Shown piece after piece: positions 48,601 to 60,283 of a stretch of DNA of 64,000 nt. The stretch is from contig NC_092398.1 in the NCBI RefSeq assembly GCF_030028105.1, forward strand, positions 25,683,649 through 25,747,648, in the 5' to 3' direction. Positions within the stretch are counted from its first letter, which is position 1; every line of letters starts with the position of its first letter. A program made the translations under genes and the position numbers. The DNA comes from Mobula birostris (lineage: Eukaryota). Under the pieces are notes generated by a model. It had not been told where the DNA came from, made no database searches, and was given only the letters and a program-made list of their open reading frames with translations.

Positions 48601-51600
48601 GAATTTTCTAGAATACCTACGAGCACCTTTTTTTAGAGCAGCTCATGACTGAACCCCCTGGGGGATCAGCTATTCTCGACTGGGCGTTATACAATGAACC
48701 AGAAAGGAGTTGAAAGCTTAAGGTAAAACAACCTTAGGGGCAGGTGATCACACTATAATTGAATTTACCCTGAAATTTGAGAAGAGCTAAAGACAGGTGT
48801 ATCAGTATTACAGTGGAGTAAAGGGAATGACAGAGGCATGAGAGAGGAGTTGGCCAGAATTGATTGGAAAAGAACGCTGGCAAGGCAGAAGGCGTAGCTG
48901 CAGTGGCTGGAATTTCCGGAAGCAATTGGGAAGGCACAGGATCTATACATCCCAAAGCGGAAGTATTCTAAAGGCAAGATGGCACAACGGTGGCCAACAG
49001 AAGTCGTCGAAGCCAACATAAAACCCAAAGACAGGGCATACGGTAAAGAAAAAAAAGTTAGAGGATTAGGAAGATCTTAAAAACCAACAAAGGCAGTTAA
49101 GAGTCATTAAGATAAAGATTCAATACAAAAGTAAGCTTGCCAACAATATTAAAGAGGGTACCAAAAGTTTCTTGAAATACAGTGTAAAAAGAGAGACAAG
49201 AGTGAATATCAGACTGCTGGAAAACAATGCTGGGGAGGCAGTAATGGGGGACAAGGAAATGGCAGTTGAGCTGAATAAGTATTTGCATCAGTCTTCATTG
49301 TCGATTACACTAGCAGTATGGTGGAAGGTCCAGGTGTCGGGGGGTCATGAAGTGTGTGAAGTTACCATTACTAGAGAGAAGGTTCTTGCGACACTGAAAG
49401 GTCTGAAGGTAGATAAGTCACCTGGATGGGATGGTGTACACCTCAGGGTTCTGAAAGAGGTAGCTTAAGAGATTGTGGCGGCATTAGTAATAATCTTTCA
49501 AGAATCACTAGATCCTGGAATGGTTCTGGAAGACTGGAAAATTGCAAATGTCACTCCACTCTTCAAGAAGAGAGTGAGGCAGAAGAAAACAAATTATAGG
49601 ACATTTAGTCTGAACTCAGCAGTTGGGAAGATGTTGAAATCAATTAGGGATGTGGTTTCTGGGTATTTGGGTGCACATGATAAAATAGGTTACAGTCAGC
49701 ATGGTTTCCTCAAGGGAAAATCTTGCCTGACAAATCTGTTGGAATTCTTTGAAGAAATAACAAGCAGGATAAATGAGGGAGAATCAGTTGATGCTGTGCA
49801 CTTGGATTTTCAGAAAGCATTTGACAAGGTGCCACACTTGGATTTTCAGAAAGCATTTGACAAGGTGCTGCTTAACAGGCAACTGCAAAAGATTCTAACA
49901 TGAATAAAGCAGTGGCTGATTGGCAGGAGGCAAAGAGAGGGAATAAAGTGAGCCTTTTCTGGTTGGCTGCTGGTGACTAGTGGTGTTCCACTGGGGTCAG
50001 TGTTGGGACTGATTCTTTTTACATTATATGTCAATGATTTGGATGATGGAATTGATGGCTTTGTTGCAAAGTTTGCAGGTGATATGAAGATAGGTGGAGG
50101 GGCGGGCTGTTTTGAGGAAGTAGCGAGGCTACATTAGAATTTAGACAGATTAGGAGAATGGGCAAAGATATGGCAGATGGAATACAGTGTTGGCAAATGT
50201 ATGGTCCTGCACTTTGGAGTTGACTATTTTCTAAATGGAGAGAGAATACAAAAAAACTGAGGTGCAAAGGGATTTGGGAGTCATGTGCAGGATTCTCTAA
50301 AGGTTAATTTGCAGGTTGAGTCTGTGGTGAGGAAGACAAATGTGATGTTAGCATTCATTTCAAGAGAACCAGAATATAAAAACAAGGATGTAACATTGAG
50401 ACTTTATGAAGCACTGTGAGACCTCACTTGGAGTACCGTGAGCAGGTTTGGATCCCTTATCTTAGAAAGGATGTGCTGAAACTGGAGAGGGTTTCAAAGG
50501 AGATTCATCAAAATTATTCCAGGAGTGAAGGCTTGTCATATGAAGGGCAGTTGATGGCTCTGGGCTGTATTCTCTGGAATTTAGAAGGATGAGGGGTGGC
50601 CCAATTGAAACCTATTGAATGGAGAAAGGCCTTGATAGAGTGGATATGTAAAGGATGTTTCCTATGGTGGGAGAGTCAAAGAGGACACCAGCTCAGAATA
50701 GAGGGGTGTCCTGTTAGAACAGAGATGAGGAGGTATCCCTTCAGCCAGAGAATGGTGAATCTATTGAATTTGTCATCACGAGGAGCTGCGGAGGCCGAGT
50801 CTTTATGTATATTTAAGGAAAAGGCTGACAGAGTTTTGATTGGTCAGGGCATGAAGGGATACAGGGTGAAGCCAAAAGAATGGGGCTGAGAGGAAAATTG
50901 GATCAGCCATGATGAGATGGTGGAGCAGACTTGATGGACTGAATCCTCAGATTCTGCTCCTATACCTTATGGTCTCAAGGTCCTACCAGGACTGGAAAGA
51001 AAAGGGAAGAAGGTGGGGAAGGAGGACAGGCTGGGAGGTGATAGGTGGAGCCAGGTATTTGGGGGAAAGGGCAAGGTGAGAAGCTGAGAGGTGATGGGTG
51101 GAAAAGTTAAAGGGATAAAGAAGGCTGAACTCCCTCTCCAAAACCCTCCTGTAGTGCATGCTCAGATACCTGCTTCAGAACATTGAGGACAATGGTCTGG
51201 AAGGCCTGATCCACGTTGATGGCTTCCTTGGCGCTAGTCTCAAAGTAGGGGATGTTGTTTTTACTCTGGCACCAGACCAGCGCCTGCTTGCTGGGCACCA
51301 GACGAGCCTCCAGGTCGATCTTGTTGGCCAGGACAACAAAGGGGAAGTTCTCGGGGTCCCGCAGGCTGACCTGGATCAAGAACTCGTCCCGCCAGCTGTC
51401 CAGCGCCTTGAAGGTGTTGGGTGCGGTGACATCGAACACCAGTACGCAGCAGTCGGCGCCGCGGTAGAAGGCCATGCCCAGGGATTGGAACCGTTCCTGG
51501 CCGGCCGTGTCCCAGATCTGCAGGATGGAGCATGATACAGTCACACCACACTCTTAGGGTCAGGCACACCATACCGTCCCATCACACACTCCTGGGGTCA

Positions 51601-53067
51601 GACACAGAGTGAAGCTCCCTCCACATCAAACACTCCCGGGGTCACGCGCAGTGTGAAGCTCCCTCCACACCGTCCCATCACCCACTCCCGGTGTCAGACA
51701 CAGAGTAAAGCTCCCCCCCCGCCCCACACCATCCCACCACACACTCCTGGGGTCAGACACAGCGAGGAGAGGTGTTGGGTATTGAGAAAGAACGAGGGAG
51801 CAGAGAGAATGAAAAAGAGCACTGAGGACAGGCAGCACCAAGTGATGGAGGAGAGGCGTTCACCTGCATGGTGACCAGCCGGTCACCCAGCATCACTTCC
51901 TTGGTGAGGAAGTCGGTGCCGATAGTCGCTTTGTACTGGTTACTGAACCTCTTGTTCACATACTGATTCATCAGTGAGGTCTTCCCCACCCTGGGGAGTG
52001 GAGAGGGGGAAGAAATGTCAGCACCAAATTGGCACCCCACCCCATCCACCCACCCCCTCCCGAACACCAGACCCCTGCCTCCCTCGGAGACAGCCCAAGA
52101 TCCCCACCACCCATCTTCCCTCATCTCCTATCGGGCAGGAGGTACAGGAGCCTTGAGTCCCGCACCTCCAGGCTCAGGAACAGTGACTTCCTTCAACTGC
52201 AAGTCCATCGCCGGCTCAGTCCGGCAGCTGCTCCGACCCCGGCCGCAGGAATCCGCAGACAGTTACGGATGCGGTCCGGTACCTCGCAGGAAGCAGCCTC
52301 CCCTCCGCGAACTCTAACCGCGCCATCTCACTGCCTCAGCAGAGCAGCCGGGTCATCAAAGACATCACACAGCCCGGCCCCAGCATGGACACAGATACGG
52401 AACAGTACAGGCCCTTCGGCCCACAAAGTCCTGCTGAACCAAGTGAATTACTGATCAAATGGCCAACTAAACTGATCTCATCTGCCTACACGACATCCAT
52501 ATTCTTGCACGTTTGTCACTGCCAGACATATCTGCCTCTACCACCGCGCCAGGCACCGACCATACTCCGTAAAAACTTTGCTCCTCACATCTCCCTCCGA
52601 TTTACCGCTTCTCAACTTGAATGATGCATGCCCACACAACAGGAATTCTGCAGATGCTGGAAATTCAAGCAACACACATCAAAGTTGCTGGTGAACACAG
52701 CAGGCCAGGCAGCATCCCTAGGAAGAGGTGCAGTCGACGTTTCATGCCGAGACCCTTCGTCAGGACTATTCATCAGAATGCATGCCCCCTGGTTTCGGAT
52801 ATTCTGACCCTGTGAAAAAGATACTGCCTGTCTACACTATGCCTCTCATAATCTTATAAACAAATCCCTGCCAGAGCTCCCCTCCAGCACTCCAAAGAAA
52901 ACTCATGCCCTCTAATCCAGAGAGGAAGGGGCTATTCCCCACCCAACCCTGGTCTTCAGGACCACACACTCCCCGACTGCCACCATGTTTCCGAAGTTCT
53001 GACGCGCTGCTCACCCGGAGTCTCCCAGGATGATCACTTTCAATAATACCTTCTTCCGCAAGGCCAT
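45559..53067 (-). CDS. RAB7: Ras-related protein Rab-7a-like, 207 aa; coding exons 53067-53015, 51990-51864, 51517-51170, 45654-45559
   Basis: [58 protein letters not shown]; all G-boxes and a C-terminal CxC prenylation motif; 53+127+348+96=624 nt with GT-AG junctions; AATAAA on minus strand at 44276-44281. Confidence 0.95.
47529..48119. mobile_element. Non-autonomous hAT (Charlie-like) element/MITE with long inverted arms and 8-bp TSD
   Basis: CAGTGGTCCCCAACCTCCGGGCC ... GGCCCGGAGGTTGGGGACCACCG; arms ~47529-47656 and ~48004-48119; GTCTAAAG at 47521-47528 and 48120-48127. Confidence 0.9.
48600..50980 (+). mobile_element. Degraded CR1 LINE ORF2 in the last Rab7 intron (antisense to the gene)
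   Basis: [41 protein letters not shown]; stops and frameshifts; 36-bp internal tandem duplication at 49799-49868. Confidence 0.9.
51170..51517 (-). CDS. RAB7: Rab7-like third coding exon (348 nt)
   Basis: CTGCAG|ATC TGG GAC ... AAG CAG|GTATCT; [10 protein letters not shown]...NVLKQ. Confidence 0.95.
51545..51765. repeat. Degenerate minisatellite (CACACTCC[C/T]GGGGTCAGACACAGAGTGAAGCTCCCTCCACA..., ~45-60 bp, ~4-5 copies) in a Rab7 intron
   Basis: Direct reading of recurring units at ~51585, 51630, 51682, 51740. Confidence 0.85.
51864..51990 (-). CDS. RAB7: Rab7-like second coding exon
   Basis: CCCCAG|G GTG GGG AAG ... ATG CAG|GTGAAC; [42 protein letters not shown]. Confidence 0.95.
53015..53067 (-). 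CDS. RAB7: Rab7-like first coding exon (acceptor 11 nt upstream of ATG, exon starts 53078)
   Basis: [18 protein letters not shown] then GG|GTGAGC; not reported in the ORF track, read from the reverse complement. Confidence 0.93.
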
Positions 53068-53199
53068 CGTGCCGTCAGCTGCAGAAGGGACAGGTATAGG
53101 CAGAGGGGTGAGTTCTTGCCCCGGGGACAGGGAACGCGAGGTACCGGCTCGTCATTCACACACCCTCTCCATTGACCTCTTCCCCTTCTCCCACTAGCC

Positions 53200-54500
53200 C
53201 CAGCTCAACTGCTCCCATTCTCCTCCCACTTGGAGCTCTGGAACTGGGAGATGGGGGGTGTCCATGGGGGAGGAGATCCTGGGATCTGCATGGAAAGGGG
53301 GAGATCCTGGATCTCACCCCTTCCTTCTCCGCACTCTTCTCGAAAAACCAACTCACTTCACCACCCCTCTCCAACACCCAATTTCTCCTCCCATACTCTC
53401 ACCTGTACTCTCTCCCTCCCAACCAACCCACATTGCCTCCCCTCACCCCCAGCCCCCCGAATTCCCTTGAGCAATGGCCTTCTCCCTCCCATCGGACATG
53501 GAACCCGGACACACACCTCAAGAACCTCAAATCACAGCCCCAATAGCTTCCTCACCAGACACTCCAGTCTCCCAAAAACCCCTCCTTTGCCTGCAAGCCC
53601 CAGGGCTCCCTCCTCTGCCAGGACATAACACCCTGCCCCTCACCACTTCACTACCATCAGGACACTCCCCACACCACCTACACCACATATTCCCACCCTC
53701 AACCAGGACGCTCCCCCCTCCCTCATCATCCACACTCCCCTCAGGAAGCCGCCTACTCCAGATTCCCCCCTGGGATGCTCCCCCACACCCCGACCTACCC
53801 CACACACCCCCGAGGCATTCACCCCCCACCTACCCCACACTCCCCCCGCAGGATTCTCGCCTCCCACCTATCCCACATTGCCCCAGGGATGCTTCCCCCT
53901 CCACCACACTGCCCCGGGATTCTCCCTACCCCACACTGCAGTAGGGACACTCCATCACCCACCTACCCCACACCATTTCCGGGTTCTCAACCCCTTCCCC
54001 CAGGACACTTCCTCCCCCTACCTATCCCAGACTCCCCCTGGGATGCTTCCCGGCCACCTATCACACATTCTCCTCGAGATACTCTCCCCGCACTCCTCCT
54101 TCCCCACAGCCCCCCCCCACCCGGATGTTCACTATCCGCACCTTCCCCCACTCACAACTACCACAAATCACCCCCTCCCCACGTAACCCGGGATGCTCCA
54201 TCCCCAACCGACCACACAGGACGCCCTCCCACCTCCCCCACATTTCCCCCGGGACGCTCCCCTCTTCACATTGTCCCCGGGACGCTACCCCACCCCACTT
54301 CCACCACACAGCTCGGGATTCCCCCTACCCTACACTCCATTCCCTCACCAACCTACCCCACTCTCCCCCTGGACGCTCCCTCCCTCAGCTAACCGACCCT
54401 CTTCCCGGGACGTCGTCCCCCTCCCACTCACACCTAACCACATTCGCCCCGAGACTCTCCCACCCACCCCACCTACCCCACAATACCCCCGGGACGCTCC
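53200..54500. repeat. C-rich low-complexity/degenerate tandem tract (CCCC[C/T]GGGA[C/T]GCT..., ACCTACCCCAC...)
   Basis: Extreme C-over-G skew on + strand with recurring short motifs every ~35-45 bp. Confidence 0.8.
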
Positions 54501-54740
54501 TTCGGAACCCGAGTGCCAGCACCGCTGCAGCGAACGAGTTTCAGGTTCCGGTCACGGGCCGTGACATCATCGAGTAAGAAGCCGTGATTTGAGGACCGGG
54601 CAACTTTATGATGAATAATTTAGCGCCTTGCTGAATATTAATGAAGATGGCCGTCCTCTCATTGGCCCGCGAGGTTTTGCGGCTCCTTGCTGGGAAAACG
54701 AACCAATTTTCCGGGAAATTTGTAGAACTGAAGTATTTCC
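54490..54740 (-). promoter_or_regulatory. Probable CpG-rich promoter/non-coding first exon of the Rab7-like gene
   Basis: Unique CpG-rich island upstream of an exon that begins with a splice acceptor; ETS TTCCGG (54546), YY1-like AAGATGGCCG (54644), CCAAT boxes (54661, 54703). Confidence 0.55.
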
Positions 54741-54944
54741 CCACACTTCAAATGTTCAGAGAAAAACAAGGGAGCGTCTGACTGTGGGAGGGGCTGTGAG
54801 TGGAGTTATCTCCGCATTGTGGGATCTCTGGCTGGGGTGGGAGGCGGTGATGAAGGAGCTTTGCACTGAAGGAGAGGTGCTGAGGAATCTCCGCATTGTG
54901 TGAGGGGCGTTCTCCTCTGACCTCTGATCAACAGCACGCACAAA

Positions 54945-56410
54945 CACCTTTTCCTACGCTACATCGACGGCTGCGTTGGCGCTGCTTCCAGCACCCGTGA
55001 TGAGCTCGTCAACTTCATCCACTTTACCTCCAGCTTCCACTCTGCCCTCAAATTCACCAACACACATGAAATTCCAGCATCTGCAGATTTCCTCGTGTTT
55101 GCGTTCTCAAGTTCACCAGGTCCATTTCGACATCTCCCTTCCCTTTTTCGATCTTAGTGTCTGTCTCCGGAGACAGCTTATCCACTGACGTCTATAAAAA
55201 CCCATGGACTCTCACAGCTATCTGGACTATACCCCGTCCCACCCTGCTACTTGTAAAATGCCATCCCCTTTTCTCAATCCCTCCGTCTCCGCCGCATCTG
55301 CTCTCAGAATGAGGCTTTTCATTCTAGAACGAAGGAGGTGTCCTCCTTTTTCAAAGAGGACATCTCCTTCAACGCTGCCCTCAAACGCATCTCTTCCATT
55401 TCGCTCACGTCTGCTCTCACCCCATCCTCCAGCCACCTTACCAGGGATAGGGTTCCTCTTGTCCTCACCTACCACCCCAACAGCTTTCAGCACATAATTC
55501 TTCGAAACCTTCTCCACCTCCAACTGGATTCCACCGCCAAGCACGTCTTCCCCACCCCCACTTTCCGCTTTCCGCCGGGTCCGCTCCCTACGCGGCTCCC
55601 TTGTCCATTCGTAACTCTCCACTGATCTCCCTTCTGGCACTTATCCTTGCAAGCGGAACATGTGCTAAGCCTCCCCCATACACCTCCCTCACTACCATCA
55701 GGGTCCGAAACAGTCCTTCCAGGTGAGGCGACACTTCACCTGTGGGTCTGTTGGGGTCATTCACTGTGTTCAGTGTGGCCTCCTATATGGTGGTGAGACC
55801 CGACGTAGATTGGGAGACGACTTCGCCGAGCAGCTACGCTCCATGCATCAGAACAAGCGGGATCTCCCAGTGGCCACCCATTTTAATTCCACTTCCCATT
55901 CCCATTCCCATTCGGGTATGTTCATCCATAGCCTCCTCCACTGTCGTGATGACTTAGGTTGGAGGAACAACGCCATACATTCCGTTTGGGTAGCATAAAC
56001 ACCGATTTTTCTAACTTCCGGTTATGCCCCCAACCACTCCCCACTCCCTTCACCATTTCCGATCTCCTTTTCCCATCCTCACCTTATCTCCTTGCCCGCC
56101 CATCGCCTCGCTCTGGTGCTCCTCCCTGCCTTTTTCCTTTCTTCCAAGTCCTTCTGTCTCTTTCACCAATCAACTTCCCAGCTCTTTACTTCATCCCACC
56201 CCCTCCACCTATCACCGGGTTGTTCTCCCTCCCCTTCCTCCGCCTTTTAAATCTACTCCTCAGCTTTTTTTTTCCCCTCCAGTCCCGCCAAAGGGTTTTG
56301 GCCCGAAACGTCGACTGTACTCTTTTCCATCGATGCTGCCTGGCCTGCTGAGTTCCTCCAGCACTTTGTGGGTGTTGTTGGATTTCCAGCGTCTGTAGAT
56401 TTTCTCTCGC
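54945..56410 (+). mobile_element. Penelope-like retroelement relic (RT C-terminal half + GIY-YIG endonuclease)
   Basis: FLRYIDGC..FH.ALKFT, LPFFDL, DSHSYLDY..SHP, FTC.S.GVI.C...CGLLY.GETRRRLGD.FAE.LRS, PVATHFNS. Confidence 0.85.
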
Positions 56411-56669
56411 TTGTGATTTCACACACACACACAATGCTGGAGGAACTCAGCGGGTGAGGCAGCATCTGCGTTAAAGAGTAATGAGTCGAATTACTCGTCA
56501 GACCCGACACCCTTCATCAGGACCTGAAACGGCTTAGCTCAAAACGTCAGCTGCTTAATCTGTCCCTCAGATGCTGACTCGCCTGCTGGGTTCCTCCAAC
56601 ATTGTGCGAGTGTGTTACTTGAACTTCCAGCATCTGCAGAATTTCTCTTGTCTGGCTCTCATTGGCAAG

Positions 56670-56990
56670 CAGTTTTCGCCCAAAGACCTGTGGCTCACTA
56701 GATGCGTGTGTGTGAGAGAGAGAGATCGTTTGATTTTCACACTCAACTGTTGAAAATGGCAGATCAGCAGTCTCTGAGATACTCGAACCACCCCATCTGG
56801 CACGAACAATCACCCCGTGGTCAATGACACTTAGATCACATTTCTTCCCCATTCTGATGTTGGTCTGAACAACTGAACCTCTTGACCATGTCGGCATGCT
56901 TTAATGCATCGAGTTGTCGCCACCTGATTGGCTGATTAGATATTTGCACCAACGAGCAAGTGTACCCAATAACGTGGCCTCTGAGCGTAG
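56670..56990 (-). mobile_element. Tc1-like element left end with transposase N-terminus
   Basis: RMGKKCDLS..DHGVIV.AR.GG.SISETADL helix-turn-helix start on the minus strand. Confidence 0.75.
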
Positions 56991-58587
56991 ATAGATGGGG
57001 ACGGGGTTGCCAACTAGAATCATTCTAATTGTGTTTGCTTGTTTAAAAATGTGTGAAATTTGTGTTCACCTTGAATCTGCTGTTGTCACAAGTAAGTGTG
57101 TCAGTGCCCCTCTGCAGCCGTGTGCGTGTTCCGATGACAATAAACTCGACTTGGAAAGATTTATCATTCCCTTTATTAACACATTCATCGGTCAAAGGAA
57201 AGTCAGTATAAAATGCACATTCTCGGGGGAGGGGCAGGTTGCAGAACACGTTCAGTTACATTATCACTCTCCTCTCCTGTCTCTGCCAGCTCTCTTCCCT
57301 TTCTCGGGGGGGGGGGGGAAGAGGTAGCAGAATAAGATTCTCTCCTTCTCCCGATTCCGCTTCTCCCTTTCTCATGGGGGAGGGGGGTGCTGAAGACAGC
57401 AGGGTACATCTAGTTACAGAATCTCCCTCCTTTCCAGTCCTCCTCCGTCTCTCTCTCCCTTGCTGGGTTTGGGGGACAGGTTGCAGAATACGTTCAGTCA
57501 CATTATCACCCTCCTCTTCCGGCTCCCCGTCCCTTTCTCAGGGGGTGGGGGTGGGGGGAGCGGTCAGGTAGCAGAAACCAATTCTCTCCTTGATTCCCGC
57601 TCTCCCGGAGCGACAGGCACTTTTCCGCTTCGGGCCACCGCACATTCCCACTTCTGCCTCCGCTGCAAAGCTCAAGGAGTTACCAGGCCCGAGGGAGAGG
57701 GGCAAGGATTGGGGCAGAGCGAAAAGAGGAAGGTTAGAGTGACAGATGAGTATGAGGAAGGAGTCTCCACCCTCCCACAGAGCAGGGGAACCTAAAACTA
57801 AAGGGCACAGGTTTCCAGTAAGATGGAACACACTTAAGGCCGAAAGATTTTCCCACGGGGAGTGGCTCATATAAAGTCCACGCTGACGCTTCATAAGGCG
57901 TTGGTCAGACCACACCGATTATTGCGCCGTTGGCGAGAATGATCACGGGAATGAAGGAGTTAACATACGAGGAGCAATTGATGGCTGCAGGCCTGAGCTC
58001 ACTGGAGTTTAGAAGAATGGTGGTGGTGGTGGTGTTGGGAAGGTGGATCTCACTGAAACGTATCGAATATTGAACGGCTTGGATACAGTGGACGTGGAGA
58101 GGATATCGTGGGGGAGTCTAGGACCAGACGGCACAGCCTGAGAATAAGATCATAAAACATAGGAGCAGAATTAGACCATTTGGCCCAGCAAGTATGCTCA
58201 GCAAAGTTGTTGGCAAGGATGGGACAGGTCCGGGTTTGTTTTTAATTAGGCATACACAGATTAGAAGGATGTCCCTTTGGAATAGGGATGAGGAATTCAT
58301 TTAGCCAGAGGGTGGTGAATCTGTGGAATTGATTGCCACAGACGGCCGTGGAGGCCAAGTCATTGGGTAGATTTAAAGCGGAGGTTGACAGGTTCTTGAT
58401 CAGTGAGGGGGTCATAGTTTATGGGGGAAGGCAGGAGAAGCGGGTTGAGCGAGATAATAGAAAAGAGAAAATGTGCAGATGCTGGAAATCCAAGCAGCAC
58501 ACACACAACATACTGGAGGAACTCATCAGGCCGGGCAGCGTCTATGGAAAAGAGTACAGCTGATGATTCAGGGCAAGACCCTTCAGC

Positions 58588-59370
58588 GTGACGCCTTGGT
58601 TAGGATTTCTGCTGCTGTGCTCGGGGTGTTTCGTTTAAGCAGTTCTGTAAGAGCAGTCCGTTCTGATGTCAGCCTGTTTGGGTTTCAGCTGAGATAAGGG
58701 GTTTTGTTGTTCAACTTAGGAATGTGGTGTCAGCCAGTCAGGATGGTGGAATGGGGAGAAGGTGCTGGAGAGCACTGGTGTGGGTCAGGGTTTTTTTTGG
58801 CAGGAGCTGGGGGAAGACGGGAGGGGAAATAGCTGAGGATGCCGCCCCCTGTTACGCGCGTGCATTGTGCAGATAAATGGCTTCAAGGAGGAAGGACCGG
58901 TACTCCCGTGGGGCGCTCGTTTGTTCGCGCTGGATTTCGGGCGACATTCGGAAGGTGGTTTGTGCTTCCACGGTCCAGCCGGCGGGTTAAAGACCGCTTC
59001 AAGATGAGCTCCAACCTTTACCCGTTTAATTATGATGGGCCCCTTTTTGGTCTTTTAAACTTTCTTTTCTTTAATTCTTTGGTTAACATTCAAATACTTT
59101 CTTTATAATTGTATGCAGTCTACGGTCTGTTATTTTTCTTGCCAATGGGCGATTGCAGGGGGGCAGGATACTACACAGATCGAGGTTCGTGTGGGCAGGA
59201 CACCCCATCTTCACAGGTTTGACGGGACCCAAGTCATACCGACTCTCGTCATATGGAGTCTGAAAAAGGTGGTTTTCTGACTGCCGAGTCCGGTGGCTGC
59301 TGCCGAGGGACTAACGAGCCAGCTCTCAATTAAAAAGGGGGTTTCGTGTGTGTTGAGCGAGGCAATAAGT
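58588..59370 (+). mobile_element. Possible solo LTR / LTR-like repeat
   Basis: Non-coding block interrupting other repeats; 59000-59140 resembles the reverse complement of 1765-1910 and 16505-16650. No PBS/PPT/TSD identified. Confidence 0.35.
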
Positions 59371-60020
59371 CAGCTAAGGTGAAAATGGTGTAGCAAACGA
59401 TGGGCTGAATGGCCTAATTCTTGTCTATATCTTATAGTCTTCATGAGGTGTGGAGGGGAACTGGAGTGAGAGTAAGCGTGTGCGTGCGACAGACTGATCG
59501 AGAGGGTGAAAGAGGTGAACTAGGAGGTGATTTGGGTGGGGGGGGGGATTTGGGGCAGAGGTGGATGGTCACCAGATGGAGAAATCGTTGTAAATATCAT
59601 CTGGTTGAAGGATACCTATTGAGCTTTTTAAAGTGGAGGTTGATAGGTTCTTGGTAAGGGTGCCAACGGTTATGGGGACTAGGCAGGAAAATTGGGTTAA
59701 GAGAGATAGTAAATCAGCCATGATAGAATGGTGGAGCAAACGCAATGGGCCGAGTAGCCTAATTCTGTTCCTATGCCATCTGGTCTTATCGTATATGGAA
59801 CGAGCTACTATGGACAGTGGTTGAGGCCCGAACATTAACAATGTTTGAAACACACTTGGACAGGTACGTGGATGGGCAAGTTTCAGAGGGACACAGGCCA
59901 TGAATTTGAGTTCAAGAGCTGTGAGGTAATGTTGCAGCTCTATACAACCCCTGGTTAGACCACACTTGGAGTATTCTGGTTCAGTTCAGGTCACCTTATT
60001 ATAGGAAGGATGTGGAAGCC

Positions 60021-60283
60021 TTAGAGGGTGTAGAGGAGATTCACCAGGATGCTGCCTGGATTAGAGAGGGTGCAGAGGAGATTCACTAGGATGCTGCCTG
60101 GATTAGAGAGGGTGTAGAGGAGATTCACTAGGATGCTGCCTGGATTAGAGAGGGTGCAGAGGAGATTCACTAGGATGCTGCCTGGATTAGAGAGGGTGTA
60201 GAGGAGATTCACTAGGATGCTGCCTGGATTAGAGAGGGTGCAGAGGAGATTCACTAGGATGCTGCCTGGATTAGAGAGGGTGT
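60021..60283 (+). repeat. 42-bp minisatellite (~6 copies) derived from CR1 ORF2
   Basis: TTAGAGAGGGTG[C/T]AGAGGAGATTCACTAGGATGCTGCCTGGA at 60021, 60061, 60103, 60145, 60187, 60229; embedded in a CR1 fragment (LERVQRRFTRMLPG). Confidence 0.95.

Noticed and set aside
51161-51169. Rab7 donor GTATCTGAG as a second U12 intron
   Set aside because: Only GTATC matches; lacks CCTT and the acceptor at 45655 has an ordinary polypyrimidine tract.
51107-51544. Rab7 as a processed pseudogene or truncated ORF
   Set aside because: All four coding exons with canonical splice sites were found and give an intact 207-aa protein.
53172-54577. Pro/His/Thr-rich ORFs up to 205 aa
   Set aside because: Artefacts of C-rich low-complexity DNA lacking stop codons.
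60021-60283. CRISPR-like or repeat-protein interpretation of the 42-bp array
   Set aside because: Units are contiguous with no spacers, derive from CR1, and the context is eukaryotic.
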